Assembly: GCA_044892505.1 (NCBI GenBank) | Contig: CM097882.1 | Coordinates: forward strand, 163,680,001 to 163,744,000 | DNA from: Schmidtea nova | Taxonomy: Eukaryota | Length of the DNA stretch: 64,000 nt | Reading direction: 5' to 3' | Part shown: piece after piece, positions 12,962 through 27,482 of the stretch | Layout: each line of letters opens with the position of its first letter | Numbering within the stretch: position 1 is the first letter of the stretch | Position numbers and translations under genes: made by a program | The notes under the pieces: model-generated | Seen by the model: the letters and a program-made list of their open reading frames with translations, nothing else | Database searches by the model: none | Told to the model about the DNA's origin: nothing

Positions 12962-14245
12962 CTAAACTCAAAAAAAATTGCTTTAATTTTCTAAATTTAA
13001 TATCAATTACATTTTTTTTTAAATTTCTTAAAATTTTTTATAAAAGAATAAAAATTAAATCACATTCAAAGTTTATCTATACTTCTCAATGACAATTTCT
13101 CTTCTAACTAATTCTTTTGATGTTTCTGACAATTTTTTAGATTTAGTAGCAACACAAAATAAAGTGGAATTACATTATATCTGACATTTTAGGAAATTAT
13201 AAATCATACAATAGTAACGATTAGCTTTCGTATTTTTAGTATTAATATCATTTTTTAAATTAAATAATAATTTAAGATTGAAATTAATTTATATTCAGCA
13301 ATAGAACAATATTTAAACAAATAATATTTTACTAGGCAGTTTTAATAAATGGCAGTTTTGGTATTTTAATAAGAACAAATTATCATACAATTCATTCATT
13401 TTATGAAAATGGAATCGTCAAGTTATAGAATATTTAGATTTTTTTCGGTCTCTGCGTCAACTGTGGATAACGGAATTTTCCGTTTTTAAAAATAAATGCG
13501 CTAGCTGCAGACACCAGATTATTCGTTTTAAAATATATATAAAAAATATTTAACAAAAAAATTGCTGTTAGAAATAGGAAAAGTAGTCAACTTATTTGAA
13601 ATTAATGATGACTACAGAATAGGAAGAAAATATATAGAATAAATGTACGCGTAGAAGGAAATCAAGATCAACCAATGGATTGAATGACAATTTATTTTTA
13701 AGAAAATAAATATGACAATTTATCAATTTACAATTTGTTATCTTGCGAACATTTTTTAATATTATGATGATGGACAATTAGGGATAAAATTTTATGTATT
13801 TTTGAAAGAATATTTTGTTTTGAAAATATTTTATGTAAATTAATTTTTTAAACTTAGGAAAATGCTTTATATTTTAATTCAATAAAATAAATAATAATAA
13901 TAAAATAAATAATACTGATTGTTTAAATAAATTAAAATAAATAATTACTGTTTGTTTAAATAAATTATATTTATGACCTACAAAGGTCAGCAAAATGAAA
14001 TAATATTCCAAGGTTAAAAAACAATTCTGTTTTGAAAACAATTTCAATCAACTCAAGTAGAAAAATAACAAACATTATTGGCAGATTAAGTACCTTAAAC
14101 ATTAATATATAAACTCATTGATTTTTCAGTCAAATCACACCTAAAATTTTCGCTTAAGAAGAATTTCATAGTTGTTATCGATTATTGAAAAACGAAACTA
14201 GAGCATACAGTAAATCGAGCCCAGGACCGCATTCAGCATTATACA

Positions 14246-14249
<4 letters not shown>

Positions 14250-14314
<65 letters not shown>

Positions 14315-14480
14315 AATACAAAAAACAATTAAATTGGTGTATGTAATATTATTTTATTTTAGTAATGGTTATATTTGTTTTAATTAAATAAAATATACAC
14401 ACAAAAAATACACACAAATACAAAAAACAATTAAATTGGTGTATGTAATATTATTTTATTTTAGTAATGGTTATATTTGT
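14250..14480. repeat. (TA)n microsatellite followed by an ~85-bp direct duplication
   Basis: The sequence cacaaatacaaaaaacaattaaattgg...aaataaaatata occurs twice. Confidence 0.85.
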
Positions 14481-16622
14481 TTTAATTAAATAAAATATAT
14501 TTCGAACCAATGTTGACTTATTTATTTATATAAGATCATCAAGTTGAGATTCTTGGGAACCTCAACATTCCTCTTTTTTAATAAATTAGCCTGCTGAATA
14601 AATATTATTTAAATTTTATAAATAATAAATTTTTTGAAAGCATTTAACCTTTCGGGCGTATTTGAACACATATGCGTACGTCAAAATCCTTCATCGGGGC
14701 TATGAACGCATAAGCGTATTCACAGAACCATTTAAGTTTTAATTTACTATATTTATAATATTCATGTTATTATTATTTAGTGAAGTAAATGATTCTATTA
14801 AGGTTTCCGCAGTCACTGTTCAAATTAACTTTGCTTAACCCTTTTGCTCAAAGGGTTACATTAGTAATGTTAATCAGTCATTAAAATTTTTATTTTCGTG
14901 ACCTTTGATATCTTTTTTTCAATTTCACATATTTAATTTTTAAGGCAATAATTTTTTTCTTTGACAATTCGTTTTGTGTAGAAAAAAGTTGATCTAATGC
15001 CTTAAAAATGAAAATATCTTTTTATAAAAATTAATATTTTAATATTAACTCTTAAAAAAATAAAAGAACGTTATTTTTTAAAATATATTCTTACAATATA
15101 TCTTGACAGTTCAGTTCACATCATCAAGTCCTTAACCTAGTCAATAAAAATTTATTATATTTGTTGGGTTTCAGTAAATTGAGCAAAAATGCAAAAAAAA
15201 ACACTAAGACAATAATTTCGCAAAATTCAAAAATAATAATAAATTAATTAAAAAAAATTAATTTCTTCCGAGTGAATCGAATATGGCAGAATGGAAAATG
15301 ATGAGCTAAACATGAAAATAGTAATATAAAATCGATTGGGGGTTCCTAGACAAAGTTATAAAAAATACAAACAGATTATTCAAGTAATTTAGAAAAACAA
15401 ATAAATTTAATTAGGAATAGAATCCCCGAACTTGACAGGAGAAATGTCAGCCTGTCAAAGAGAAAAACAAAGTAATGTATATATATAGTGACAAAACGAG
15501 AGTTCTCTATAAAAAGAACTCTCAATTCAGTCAAATGGTCTCTCTGATCGAAAGGATAACGAGGAGTTAAAGTAAAGAAAATGACAGAAAAAAGAAAGAG
15601 ATTTTATCAACGTTGATAAGATTCGCATAAAAAATATAAATCATAAAATATATCATTTTTTTGTTTAAGATTTAACTAGCAATTCTACATCTGATTCTTT
15701 GACACTCTCTAAAGTCATTTAACTTATTTAGGGACACTGCAATATCTTTTAATATATAAAGTAAATATTTTTCTAGATGGTAATGGAAAAATATATCTTG
15801 AAAGAACTTTGATGTAATTATTGTACTCCCTTGTCTTTTCTAAGAACGATAAAACCACAAAATATAAAAATAAGAACTGTTGTTATTATTACTAACTATA
15901 TTAGAATAATAAATAATCGTATCCCTGATTACATGATAAGCAAGAACAAATCCGCTAAACATTATGAATTGCGAATTATGAGAAAATACAAAACAATCCG
16001 CAAAAATTTAAAAATACTTATTTTCAATATATATTTGTTAATGAAAATAGAAATATGCTTATATCATTTCCAAGTTAAATCTGCTATAAACAGAAAATTT
16101 AAGCGTCATATTAACATGACATTTTATGTAGTTTGATAAGTCAAAGTCAAAAATAACAGTTGGCTCATTTGTAAATTTTTAGGTTCGTATTAATTTGGAT
16201 ATATTTAATTTCCACTTTTTTGGATTGTCCGGTGATTTTAACTGCATGTGACTACTAAGTATGTGCATCTGCATCGAGCAGTGTTTGTAATTTTCTGTCT
16301 ATAGTTTATTGAATTTAGAAATGTTGTAAACATGAAAATAAATATCTACTAAAAAATATATCATTGACCAAGAAGGAATAATAACATGAATGATTTTCAC
16401 ATATTTATATTCTTTATTATGATTCAAAAAGTAAATCGCACTGCAGTCCGCAGTAAAAAAATCTGAAAAACACTTAGTAAAAATTTCTTATAAATTAAAT
16501 TGGCGTTAAATTGAATAATTTTGTAAATATTAATAAAGCATGTTATTTAAAGTTGAAGCTGTTAATAAAATTATTTAAAATTTTCTATGATAGAAAATAT
16601 GCTGCAACTTTTAAAAACGTAC

Positions 16623-16775
16623 TGTACATTGATGTGGTTTCTCACCAGTATGTCTTCTCATGTGGACCACCAACATATATTGTGCTTTAAAAGGTCTACC
16701 AGATCGAACGCAATCTTTCCACTGGCAAACAAAAGTTTGCTTTCCACTTCCACTAATATGGATTGTTGAAATGTG
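16623..16775 (-). CDS. gli: Gli/Ci exon encoding end of ZF1 and ZF2
   Basis: HISTIH...[37 protein letters not shown]; 153 nt, canonical splice sites. Confidence 0.97.
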
Positions 16776-16822
16776 CTAAAAATTTATTAATTTATGTTTG
16801 AGTTAAGAAAAAGTTGAAGTAC

Positions 16823-17082
16823 TTTGACCAATTCTGCTTGTGAATCAAATGCTTTTACGCAATCACTCCAATGGCAATTTGTTTCTGAAAAATCTGGATC
16901 ACCTTCTTGTGGTTTTGAACAAAGTTTGTAAGGATTGACTGAGTGTTTTTCAACTAATTTATCTGCATCTGAAACATGAAAATGTTCTAGTTTTTCATTT
17001 GAGTTGTCATATCGAAATGATTTTGTATCACCAGACTGTGGAAACGTATACTGATTAATTCCTGGTGGGCTACCCATTGATG
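16823..17082 (-). CDS. gli: Gli/Ci exon encoding start of ZF1
   Basis: ETNCHWSDCVKAFDSQAELVK; flanked by 46-nt and 47-nt GT-AG introns that keep the frame. Confidence 0.93.
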
Positions 17083-17128
17083 CTTTATAATATGGTTTAA
17101 TATTTCAAAATTATTTAAAATTACAAAC

Positions 17129-17472
17129 CAGCTGATAAATGACCAATTGATCCTATACTAGATCCAGCCCCACTTCTTGAATGTAGACTTCGAACAGCTA
17201 AAGAATCTTGTGATACTCTAGTAAGTGTTTGAATATCTATAAAATCAGATAATGATGACTGTGTTCGTGGGCGCTTTGATCCCATTAGTGATCGAAAATT
17301 GCCATTATAGTGATTGTCAGATTGGCATCCAGCTCGAAAAGATGTCGAATAAGGTAAATGAAAACCAACATCCATAGGTTGAAAATTGTGTGAATTTTCA
17401 GCATTAGAATTGTCTAGGTTATTGAATAATGAGCTTGAATTAGGGACTGGCTCGTTTGCTGGAGTGGCATTA
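17129..17472 (-). CDS. gli: Gli/Ci N-terminal exon with repressor and Sufu-binding region
   Basis: KRPRTQSSLSDFIDIQTLTRVSQDSL and GSIGHLSA resemble Gli KRALSISPLSD.SIDLQTMIRTSPNSL and SYGHLS. Acceptor TTTAG|T is phase 2. Confidence 0.88.
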
Positions 17473-20400
17473 CTAAATTTGCAAACCATAAATACAATTA
17501 GGTTTTAAAAAATTCAGTAAATTATTAAAGTAGTGAAAAACTGAACAAAGGACTATATGCAAAGAAATTAAAATACAAAATTATTTTAAAAATTAAAAAG
17601 CAATATTTTTCAGGGGAAACAGATATGGATAGATAGCATATGAAAAGACGAGTGCAAATATAATAATTTAAAATCTATGGTGTCTTAATACAATGTTATT
17701 TGAGAAATACAAACTAATTAATTGATATAAACTAATAAATTTAATTAATAAACAAAATCTCCGAGATTAGTAGGTATGGTAACAAAGAACTATGTGTAAG
17801 CTGAAATAAATTTATGTTTTAATTATGTTTAGATTTTTCCGTTTGATGAAACATGATAATTTCATTTCAAAAATGAGTGAGGCGAAGAGAGCCTTATGAA
17901 AGGAGCGAAAATAAAGTCAAATCAGCAGTGTGATCGTAGACAAATTCTGTAAAAAAGAAGACTATAATCAATTGTCAGCATGCTAAATAAAGAGTTAGTA
18001 AAGAGAATAGAACTAATAACTGTTATGAAACTGAATCAATTATGTAAATAGATGATTTTTCATGTGGTTACAAACCATCATAGTGGAAAAGACAAACGTG
18101 CATATTCTAAAAAATGTATACTAATCAATGTGTAGCAGATATATATATGAATATATTTAAAAAATAAATTTCATTGTTTTAAAATATCGTTATTTCATGA
18201 CAGCTTCTTTAACAGTCCTAACATTACCCAACTACATTTTTTCGATTTTCATACAATTTATAAATTAATAATTTAAAAAATGATAAATTTTAACGATAAT
18301 ATTTTTATTATATCTTGTGCTCTATGTACCAATTCTTTATTGACTTGATCATTTTATTTTTCAATGACATCAAATATGCCTGTCTACAGTGTATTTTTGT
18401 AATCATTTCAGAATAAAATTTGTTAAATTTATTAAACATCTGACTTTTATTTAGTAATCCTTATAAAGCTATAACTATAGGTACAGATATTGAAATTAAA
18501 TTATTCAAACATACTTTAAAATATAATAAAGATATTTAAAGTATATTTTATTGCATTACCATTTAATACCTGTCACTAGATTTCGATAAATTAAGTTTTC
18601 TATATTGAAGTTTTCTATATTTTATTTTTTTCATTTTTTTTTAATAAACATTATTCAATAATAAATAAACATTATCTATATTACAAAACGCTAAAATTTA
18701 CTACAGTGCTTATCAATATTTTAAAATTTATTGAAACGCAAATCTATAAATATCTCGTTATAACAAAAATGGACTTGCCTCATTTTCAAAAAAACCGGTT
18801 CAATTATTAAAATAATTATTTTTTAAATAATGAAATTTTTAAAATTAAACATCCTTTTATAATTAAATAAATTCTAATAAAATTTTACTCACACTTTATT
18901 ATTAAATTTATCAGGAGCAAATGTAATTAAATCAAAAAATGAATAACTAATAATGTATTTTTATCTAAAGTTTTGTTGAAATTATAAATTTAAGTTTGCC
19001 ATAACCCGAAAAAATTGATGGATCTTTGCATAAATATCATACTTTATCAAGACAAACACAATTTTTATATATCGTAATTGACAAACATATATACTTGCTC
19101 ACATATCCAGATAATTATATAATTTGATTGGTATGAAATTAATTCAAACCCCTAATTTTTTTATGAAACAAGCAAGTCGTTGTGGTGGACGNNNNNNNNN
19201 NNNNNNNNNNNNNNNNNNNNNNNNNNNNNNNNNNNNNNNNNNNNNNNNNNNNNNNNNNNNNNNNNNNNNNNNNNNNNNNNNNNNNNNNNNNNNNNNNNNN
19301 NNNNNNNNNNNNNNNNNNNNNNNNNNNGTAATAATTATTATTATAACAATTTTAATTAATAATTAAATTAATAATAACAAAAGTCGAATACATGTGCAAC
19401 ACTTACAAAGACATACACCCGCATCAATTTCAAATAATAATATTGATAATATATAAAAATGCAATGCAAATGTAATCTGAGTTCAATACATGTGCATGAA
19501 TAATAAAGACATACACTCACAACATTTTCATATAATAATATTTATAAAATATCAAAAATTCAATACAAATGCAATCTAAGTGTAATACATGAGAATGACT
19601 AACACACACATACAATAATAACAAATTCAAAAAACAATATTAAAAAAATTATAATAAAACTACAAAAATGCAATTCAAGTTCGCATATGCAGTAGAGTTG
19701 TTAAGTTCTCAATATTCCAACTTAATCCATCACCTTTAAAAAGAACATGTTGATGAACATCAACAAGAAATTAACATGAAATGAAACAATATTTATCAGC
19801 AGGAAAATTTATTTTCATGAAGCATTTCAATCCGTTGAATTTATGGATAATGAAAATTGGTTTATTGATATATCGATTCAACGTAATAAAATAGATCCAA
19901 AAAAGAAGCAAAGTCTCCAATTTGAAAAATTAAAATTGCTTAATATATATATTTTTTTTAATAAATGTTGATAATATCAGTTTTGACTTTTTTCCATGTT
20001 TTTTGAATTTTTAAGTTTTTAAAAAGTTTAACCTTAAAAAGTTTCACTTTGTCATTAAATGACCTTGACCTTAAACCTAAAACTCAGTATTACATCATCG
20101 ATTACGTGATATTTTTAATATGATAAAATCATAAAAATTGGGAAGTGTGCTAAAAAATCGGGGAAGTGTGTAAAAAAGCCCCCATCGGGAATCACTCGAT
20201 TGGTTGACTCGTCGATTACTTAATTTTCTTTGTTCCTCCGTCCACAAGACTCCCTAGTTTCCACAAAAGCAAAAATATTTTAAAATGCTGAATTAAAATT
20301 TAAATTTCATAATAGAACTTATTATTAGAAATAAAATTTGCTTATTTCTCAAATCTCAGCTTGTTAAGATGGTGTTAGAACATCTTCTAGATTGTTTTCT

Positions 20401-20697
20401 AAATCAGATTGAGAAGTTGAAGTCATAATTCCAAGATTTATTTTATGAAATATTATATAATTTTTAAACAAATTTTCAGCCTTGAACAAAATATTTTAAA
20501 ATATATAAATTTAAAATTATTTATAAAGTTATATTTTATTAAAATTTAATTATACATTTTACAGCCTTAAAAATAAATATTAAAATTATTTAAATTATAA
20601 AATTTTAAATACTTATTTAATTATAATAATTATTTTAAAACTTCTTAAATTTTTAAATTATTTGTCATTTCAAATTATTTTAATAAATTATTAAATA

Positions 20698-20757
20698 TTT
20701 AGTTCTCAGCTAATTTAGTTCTCAGCTGATTTAGTTCTCAGCTGATTTAGTTCTCAT
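20698..20757. repeat. 16-bp tandem repeat (tttagttctcagctga), about 4 copies
   Basis: Read directly from the sequence. Confidence 0.85.
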
Positions 20758-21933
20758 TCTTTTGTTCTTATTGAATCTTTACATTTATCTACAATACCAT
20801 TTTATTTAAATTAGTTCTAAATTAGGAAAATTTAATTAGTTTAATAAGAAAACATGTTTAATCACTTTATTTATTAAAAAACTGATAAATGAAAAAAAAT
20901 ATTTTGAAATTCTTCAGTATTTTTATATTTCAATATTTTTTTCAAATTATCATATTTTTTCACTATAATTAATTTATAAATGTTTTATTCACTTTAAATC
21001 TATGAAAAATTATCGAGCGGCTCTTGGCAAATAATTTTTAATAAATTACAGCTTGTGGAAGTTATTGGAAAGTTTTAATAAGATAAATTTTTTTCAGGAA
21101 ACCTATATAATTAATACAGTCAATAAAAATAAAGCTATGACCCGATTACGAAGCACATTATAAAATTCATAATTCAAGTGCAAAATTTAATTCTACTCAT
21201 GATATCGGAATTTATATAAACAACGACATGTAAATAAATAAAACTGTTATTAAATAAGTGATTGACAATTTGTATATAAATATACAAAATAATTCAAAGT
21301 TTTTAATCTTTGTTCATTAATAAACAAAAATTTACTGTCATTCTCTACGCAGTGTTTATCGCAATAATAGAAATTTGCAAAATATAAAAAATCGGTGGTA
21401 ATTAAATTTTTGTGTTCGAAAATTTGCATAAATTACCTTTACAATGACAGCTAATTCGAAATAATAAACATCATTTAATCTATAAGTCCATTGCGGTGTG
21501 AACTAACGAATGTTCACTCGTGTAAGTACGTTAACTAATTTAGGGTGTCATTGCAGACGGCTTATCTCAATTCAATTCACGAAAACAAAAGATTGAGGCA
21601 TTTTAAAAATAATTTCAATAAAAATTATAGTTCAAGTGTACTCTCTATACTACTCTGAAATGACATTGGTTAATCAAGTAATATATTATTGACTAACATT
21701 TGACAAAATACAAGTTGACTATTACCAGATTATTAATAATTAAAATTGGTAATAAATCTGTTTCCAATAACAGTTTTAATCAAATAACATCTAACACTAA
21801 TGATACTAACCCTACACGACATCCTGCATCATTGGAGATACATTTTCTTGTTTGATAATCTGTAAAGAAATCGTTTTTCTTTGTGAAATCTACTTGAATG
21901 TGCTCCTTGTTATTTATTTTAACATCTGCTAAC

Positions 21934-22210
21934 CAACGTTCGCTCTAATTTTTTCACAACATGAGCGGCAGAAAATTTATGTGGGCAATTATTTGTTAGT
22001 AAAAGAAAAACTGCGAAATATTTTGAAAATATGAAAAATTCAGAGCAGAAAATTGTCAAATTGTCAAATCTAATTTTTTAGAACAGAAAGTAAAAAGTTC
22101 TGAAAATTTGCAGAAAAAAACTTGAAAAAATTTCAGGTATGCGGAAAATTATTTGGCTGGGCAGAAATATCATTTTAGGTGAGTGGCCGCTCAGCTTAGA
22201 GGGAACGTTG
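21934..22210. mobile_element. hAT-like MITE
   Basis: TIRs CAACGTTCGCTCTAA / TTAGAGGGAACGTTG (1 mismatch); no TSD preserved. Confidence 0.6.
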
Positions 22211-22230
22211 CGACGGTGAATACATTAAGT

Positions 22231-22749
22231 CAGTGGTTCTCAAAGCGTGTTCCGCGGAACACTGGTGTTCCGGCGATCACTTTCAAGTGTTCCGCGAAAA
22301 AATCAAATGTACAATTCAATTAAAAATTGTTCGCAAATAAAAATCAATTCAATATAAAATTTATACGTACCATTCGGCTTTGTATAAATACGAATCGGGT
22401 TAAAATTATTTCTTGGAAACATAAAATATTATTGCAGTTATCAAAATTCAACTTATTAGATTCAACAATTAACATTTAATGTCATTTCTCGCAAGCGCCC
22501 GACATCTGCCCGACTTTGAAACAGGGGGTTGCCAATTACAAGCTGCAACACGATTCCGTTTCCTTTTTTGTTCTATAATAATGGAGTGTTTTTGCGAACA
22601 TTATTCTATTTTTTTATTGCTCTTTTGATTTTAAAAAGGATAACTACACGCGCCCCCTGTTTTAAAGTTTATGTTGTATTGTAGATGTTCCGCCTAAAAA
22701 TGTATCAGAGTTTAGTGTTCCCCGACTTCAAAAAGTTTGAGAACCACTG
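22231..22749. mobile_element. hAT/Charlie-type MITE
   Basis: TIRs CAGTGGTTCTCAA / TTGAGAACCACTG; 8-bp TSD cattaagt / tattaagt. Confidence 0.85.
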
Positions 22750-23214
22750 TATTAAGTAATTCAATTTAATTACTTTATTTTTAAATGAATCTTAAAAGTA
22801 CAAAATTGTAAAATGAGAAATATTTAGTGAAATTCAAAGTTATAAAATCTGCATTTTAAAAGTTCTGAAAATTATGAATACTGACATTTTAATCTGCATT
22901 TTCGCTGAATTTCGGAAGCTTTAATTAACTTCAAATTGTTTTTCTGGATTTGTGATTTTATTCTTTTTTCACCGTGTCTCCTTTCAGCATATTTCATGTT
23001 AATCTATCAATTTTAATTTTTTTAAAAACTGGTAGTGAACTACTTTTGAATCTAAATATAATCGTTTATAATTTAAAAGATTCTGAATATGTTTATAATC
23101 AACGTCGGTTCGAGGGCTAGGAGAACACTGCTCCTGCATAGGGCGCAGTATCTCAAGAGGCGCAGAAACAATGATCATTTTTTAAATAAATATTTCTAAA
23201 AAAAATTTGACAAT

Positions 23215-23335
23215 GTCAGCAACATCTACATCATGTGAAAAATATTTCAGTAAATTGAAATTAATAAAAAAACTTATTAAGATCAAAATTAGGGCAAGAA
23301 AAATTAACAAATTTAAGCATTATCTCAATTTAGCA
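23215..23335 (+). pseudogene. hAT transposase C-terminal dimerisation-domain relic
   Basis: TSTSCEKYFSKLKLIK(frameshift)LLRSKLGQEKLTNLSIISI. Confidence 0.65.
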
Positions 23336-24244
23336 GATTAAATAAAATTAATTTTGATTAGATAATTAATGAATTTACTTAAAGTTAATTTGTAATAATT
23401 ATAGGGTAGCTAACTATCTTTTGATTGCTCTTTTCAATAAAAATATTGTTATAAAATCATGCATTTATTATTACACTGGGAAAAAAACTGATTGGTTTCT
23501 TAATGAATACAATTTTCATTTAAAATGCGTAAATTTTAATACTTGTTTAGGGCGCAACTTTATATTGCCCGTCTCTGTTCATAATATATATTCAAGTAAA
23601 AATTACTTAAAAATCAAATAAAATTTCGAAAATAATATTTTGAAAATTTATTTAAATAAAGAGTTGAACTAAATGTCAATTTTGCAATGATATTTCTATA
23701 TATTTCAAATACTTCTACAGGTAAACATTTTAATTAATGAAATAATCATTGAGATTTGTGAAATCCATGTTATAGTTTTCGATAAAATGGGATAAATAAT
23801 CGCTTCCATCAAGTATAATAAGGAAAGTGTACTTGATAAAATATTAATTTTTAATTAAACAATAAATATAATAAGCAGTAATATCATTAAAACTCATTGA
23901 TATGTCATAATCATTATGGTATCAAAAATAATAAACATGTAAAAAATTTTTAACACGAATCAAGTAAAAAGCCTAGAAATATATCCTCTGAACTTGATTT
24001 CAGATATGAATCAGTTAAATGTGTAAATAAAAAAAAAGAAAACCGAAAACTTAAAATTAAAAAATCCTCAAATTAAAGATTAACGACTTTTCATATTTTT
24101 TCCAACCAATAAAATGAACAAAATCATTAGTTTTATATCATAGAAAACATACCTACTCACTCATAAACACTCACTCGTGTGTTTATGAATTTGGTTGGTA
24201 CAAAAATAATGCAGTTTTCTTATGTGTAAGTTTAACATTAATAA

Positions 24245-24312
24245 TGCTATAACTAATAAGCTATAACTAATAAGCTATAACTAATAAGCTAAACTAATAA
24301 GCCATAACTAAA
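24245..24312. repeat. 14-bp tandem repeat (ctataactaataag), about 5 copies
   Basis: Read directly from the sequence. Confidence 0.85.
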
Positions 24313-24519
24313 TTACATTTCGGTATAAAGCTTATTTTATCATCATTTTTATTAGATATATCGTTTTTAATTAAAAAAAAATTACTTACTTTTATTAATT
24401 AAAAAATATATTTCAAAACAGGATTTTCGTCAAATTTATTATTACGAATTTAAACTCGGACTTAATACAATTCAAACTGTTCAAAAGCCCTAACGAAGTT
24501 TGGGGGGAAGTAGTGTAAA

Positions 24520-24925
24520 TGTCTGCAAAGTCATTCGTTGACTTTTAAAATTTCGAATTGGAGAAATCAATATTGGAGACAATGAAAGTCACGGCCACTC
24601 TCTCTGTAGTTTCTGATGACAAATTGAAGCTGACCCACTCAAATCAACACGAGAAGTAGCGAAAGAAATCAGTGTTGATCATATCATCAGCGCTCGTAAT
24701 TGAAACAAATCAGAAAGTTCAAAAATTTGGGATAACAAACTAAAATGGAATCAAAAGAATCACTGCCACAAAGTCTGTAATGCGCTTCAAATACGCAACA
24801 ATAACAACTCATTTCTAGATCGTATAGTGACGTGTGATAAAAAATTGATTGTTTAGAGTAGCAAAAAGTTAAAAATTAATGAAGCCCCGATACACTTTCC
24901 TAAGCCAGTTCCATCAAAGAAAGCA
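24520..24925 (+). pseudogene. mariner transposase relic
   Basis: RNNNNSFLDRIVTCDKKLI (cf. FLDRIVTGDEKWI) and a HFPKP-like segment; heavily decayed. Confidence 0.65.
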
Positions 24926-26571
24926 TCAACCTAATATTATTTGAGGAAATTTAATGTATAAAATAAAGTAACTCAGAAAACTAAATAAAATAATTACTGT
25001 TTATTCGATTAATTCTTGTTTTGCTACTTTCAATTTAATCTCCTCAAATTCACATTTTCCAATAATATGATTTTAATTGACTCGATAAGTTTCTTTTTAA
25101 TTTCCTCTATTACAATTTCAAATTCTCCGATTTCTCTTATCTAAATTCTCCAATATGAACTCTCTAATCTGACTTTTATCCAAATTTGAATTCTAATTCA
25201 TTTACTATGGCTTCTCTCTTTTATAACTCCTCCGTCTCTGTATTTGAGATTATTTTTGTTTTCCCCTCGTTCTTAGCCTCCAGCATACTCCATACTTTCT
25301 TCATGGCTCTTGCACTATCTCTGACAGCTGTCAAAACATGCAATTGTTTTCTTTTTGTTGTTCCGACCTTTTCCTTTGTACTCTTGATATCTCTGACAAG
25401 CTGTCAAGATATGAATTTTCTTCTTGTTTTTGTTTTCCAATTATGGAATTCTTTTTTTTTACTTTGCACTTATTAATTATCAATGACCTTTTCTTAATTT
25501 ATTTTTGATTTATTGTTTTTGCTAATACTTTCTCATTTCTCAATTTTAGCTCTTTCTTCTCCTTCTTCTTGTTCCAGAACATTGTCTCGTTTATCATGTA
25601 AATTTTACCCCAAAATCTTTTATTTATTATATGATATTATTTAATTTTATTATTTAGGTATCCTCAACAGCTCTATGGTAATAACAAAACTAGTAATAAC
25701 AAGACTAGTATTTTATGAAACTCTCGATTGCCATACAAACTTTTGCAATTTATTGCGTAGCGAGTAGAGTCAAATTTTGAACGCTAAGGAATATATATTC
25801 CGAAAGCATAGTATAAGTTATTAGATTGGTCAAGGTTGTAAATATCAAATAGAGTTTCATGTATAGGATTTTAAACTCTTCATTAAAATAAAATATATCA
25901 TTTGATTTTTATATTTTGTACATTTAATACTTTTTGAGATAAGGTAGTAAGAAAAATCTAATTTAGATTAACCATTCATACTTATTTTTGTGGGGCAATT
26001 CTGAATAACTCGTTTTTTTTCCTTTACATTTAATATTGTTCAGTGATATCTGATATTAATTTTAAATAAATTTAAACACTATAAAAAATACAAGTTAATT
26101 TTACAACAAATTTATCGAAATTTTTTTAGACAATAAATTAAAACAAATAATTTTCTTTTATTTTTTTCTATATTCAACACAAACCTTTGGCATTGGAATT
26201 TTCAAGTGTTATAAAAAGTAATATAATTTTTGAAAATAAAGTGCTGAAAATCTTTCTTGAATAGGAGAAATAAAGAATTTTTTAATGTATCGTCTGAAAA
26301 AATCAAAGTAAATAAAATCGAAGAAAAATCAAAGGCGAAAACTAAAAGCTTATAACAAAGATAAATATTATATCATAACATTCATAGAAAAATTTACCGT
26401 AACAATAAAATTAATTCATTATTATTAAGTTAATTTAGCACAGCTATAATGTACATAAAATGAATAATTTCAATAGTTGCTAATGAATTAATTTAATATT
26501 ATGTTTATTTTATCTATTTAAATTATATGCATAATATTATGGGTACTCGCTGTATAATTATTTTTTAAATA

Positions 26572-26754
26572 CATTTAGCCCTCGATTTACGTGGTAGATT
26601 GGTAAATAGAAATCGTTTAAATTGAAAACGTACAATTTAAAAAAAGTGTTTATTCTTTGTCATCTTCATTTGTTATTAACGCGACAGCTTTGTGGAATTT
26701 TCCACATTTCTTCCATCGTGTTAAACCGAAACCGTGTAAATCGAGGGCTAAGTG
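26572..26754. mobile_element. pogo/Tigger-type MITE
   Basis: TIRs CA(T/C)TTAGCCCTCGATTTAC with TA on both sides. Confidence 0.75.
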
Positions 26755-27362
26755 TAAAACTAATACAAATTGTAATTCATAATTTTTCGTACTTCACTAT
26801 CTACCTTTTCCTTATAAAAATATATTTTGTTTCATATGGATACTATAAAAATTTCGGCCTAATCTAACTGTTCGATTTATTAAAAGTTTTGATAGAGACA
26901 AAATTTAAATCTGGCTTCATGTGCTTGCTAATCGATAACCAAGACCAAACAATATTGAAATTTTATTTAGAACATAATTTCACATAAGGTCTAATTAATA
27001 GAAGATTCTCAAGCATAATTAGTTCCCAGTTACTCAGTAGATAAATCATTCAATGGGTAATCATATCTATTTAGTAATCGTTTTGGCAAATTAATTTTGT
27101 CTGAGTTTATCTTATTTGCTTTCTTGGTTGCACATTTCTTGTGAAATTGTTCTAAAGTTTTTGTAGTTAAGTCTTCCCATTAATTTCCAGATATTTTTAT
27201 CACTTAAACTCTCCTCATTCAATCGTTTTCCTCTATTTGTTTAAAAAATAAATTAAATTTGAAAACCAAATTTTCTGTTATCCCTTCGGTATCAAACAAC
27301 AATTTTTATTTTTCAAATCATAATGAAATTTGACTTAAGCAATTCAATATTTACTTAATTTG

Positions 27363-27482
27363 TATTAATATCAATAATTCCCATAATGGTAAGACTATAG
27401 ATCAAAATTTCTTTAAATAAGTACTTGTTTAAAGAAATTTTGATCTATAGTCTTACCATTATGGGAATTATTGATATTAATA
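27363..27482. repeat. 120-bp near-perfect palindrome of the Penelope-associated dispersed repeat
   Basis: 60-bp arms centred on GTAC at 27421-27424 with one T/G mismatch. The same repeat family recurs at 36.7-37.7, 39.9-40.1 and 44.5-46.5 kb. Confidence 0.8.

Noticed and set aside
14645-14730. piggyBac-like end TTAA-CCTTTCGGGCG
   Set aside because: No matching opposite TIR was found.
25186-25476. Hydrophobic 96-aa ORF
   Set aside because: Antisense of an A-rich decayed repeat; no motif.
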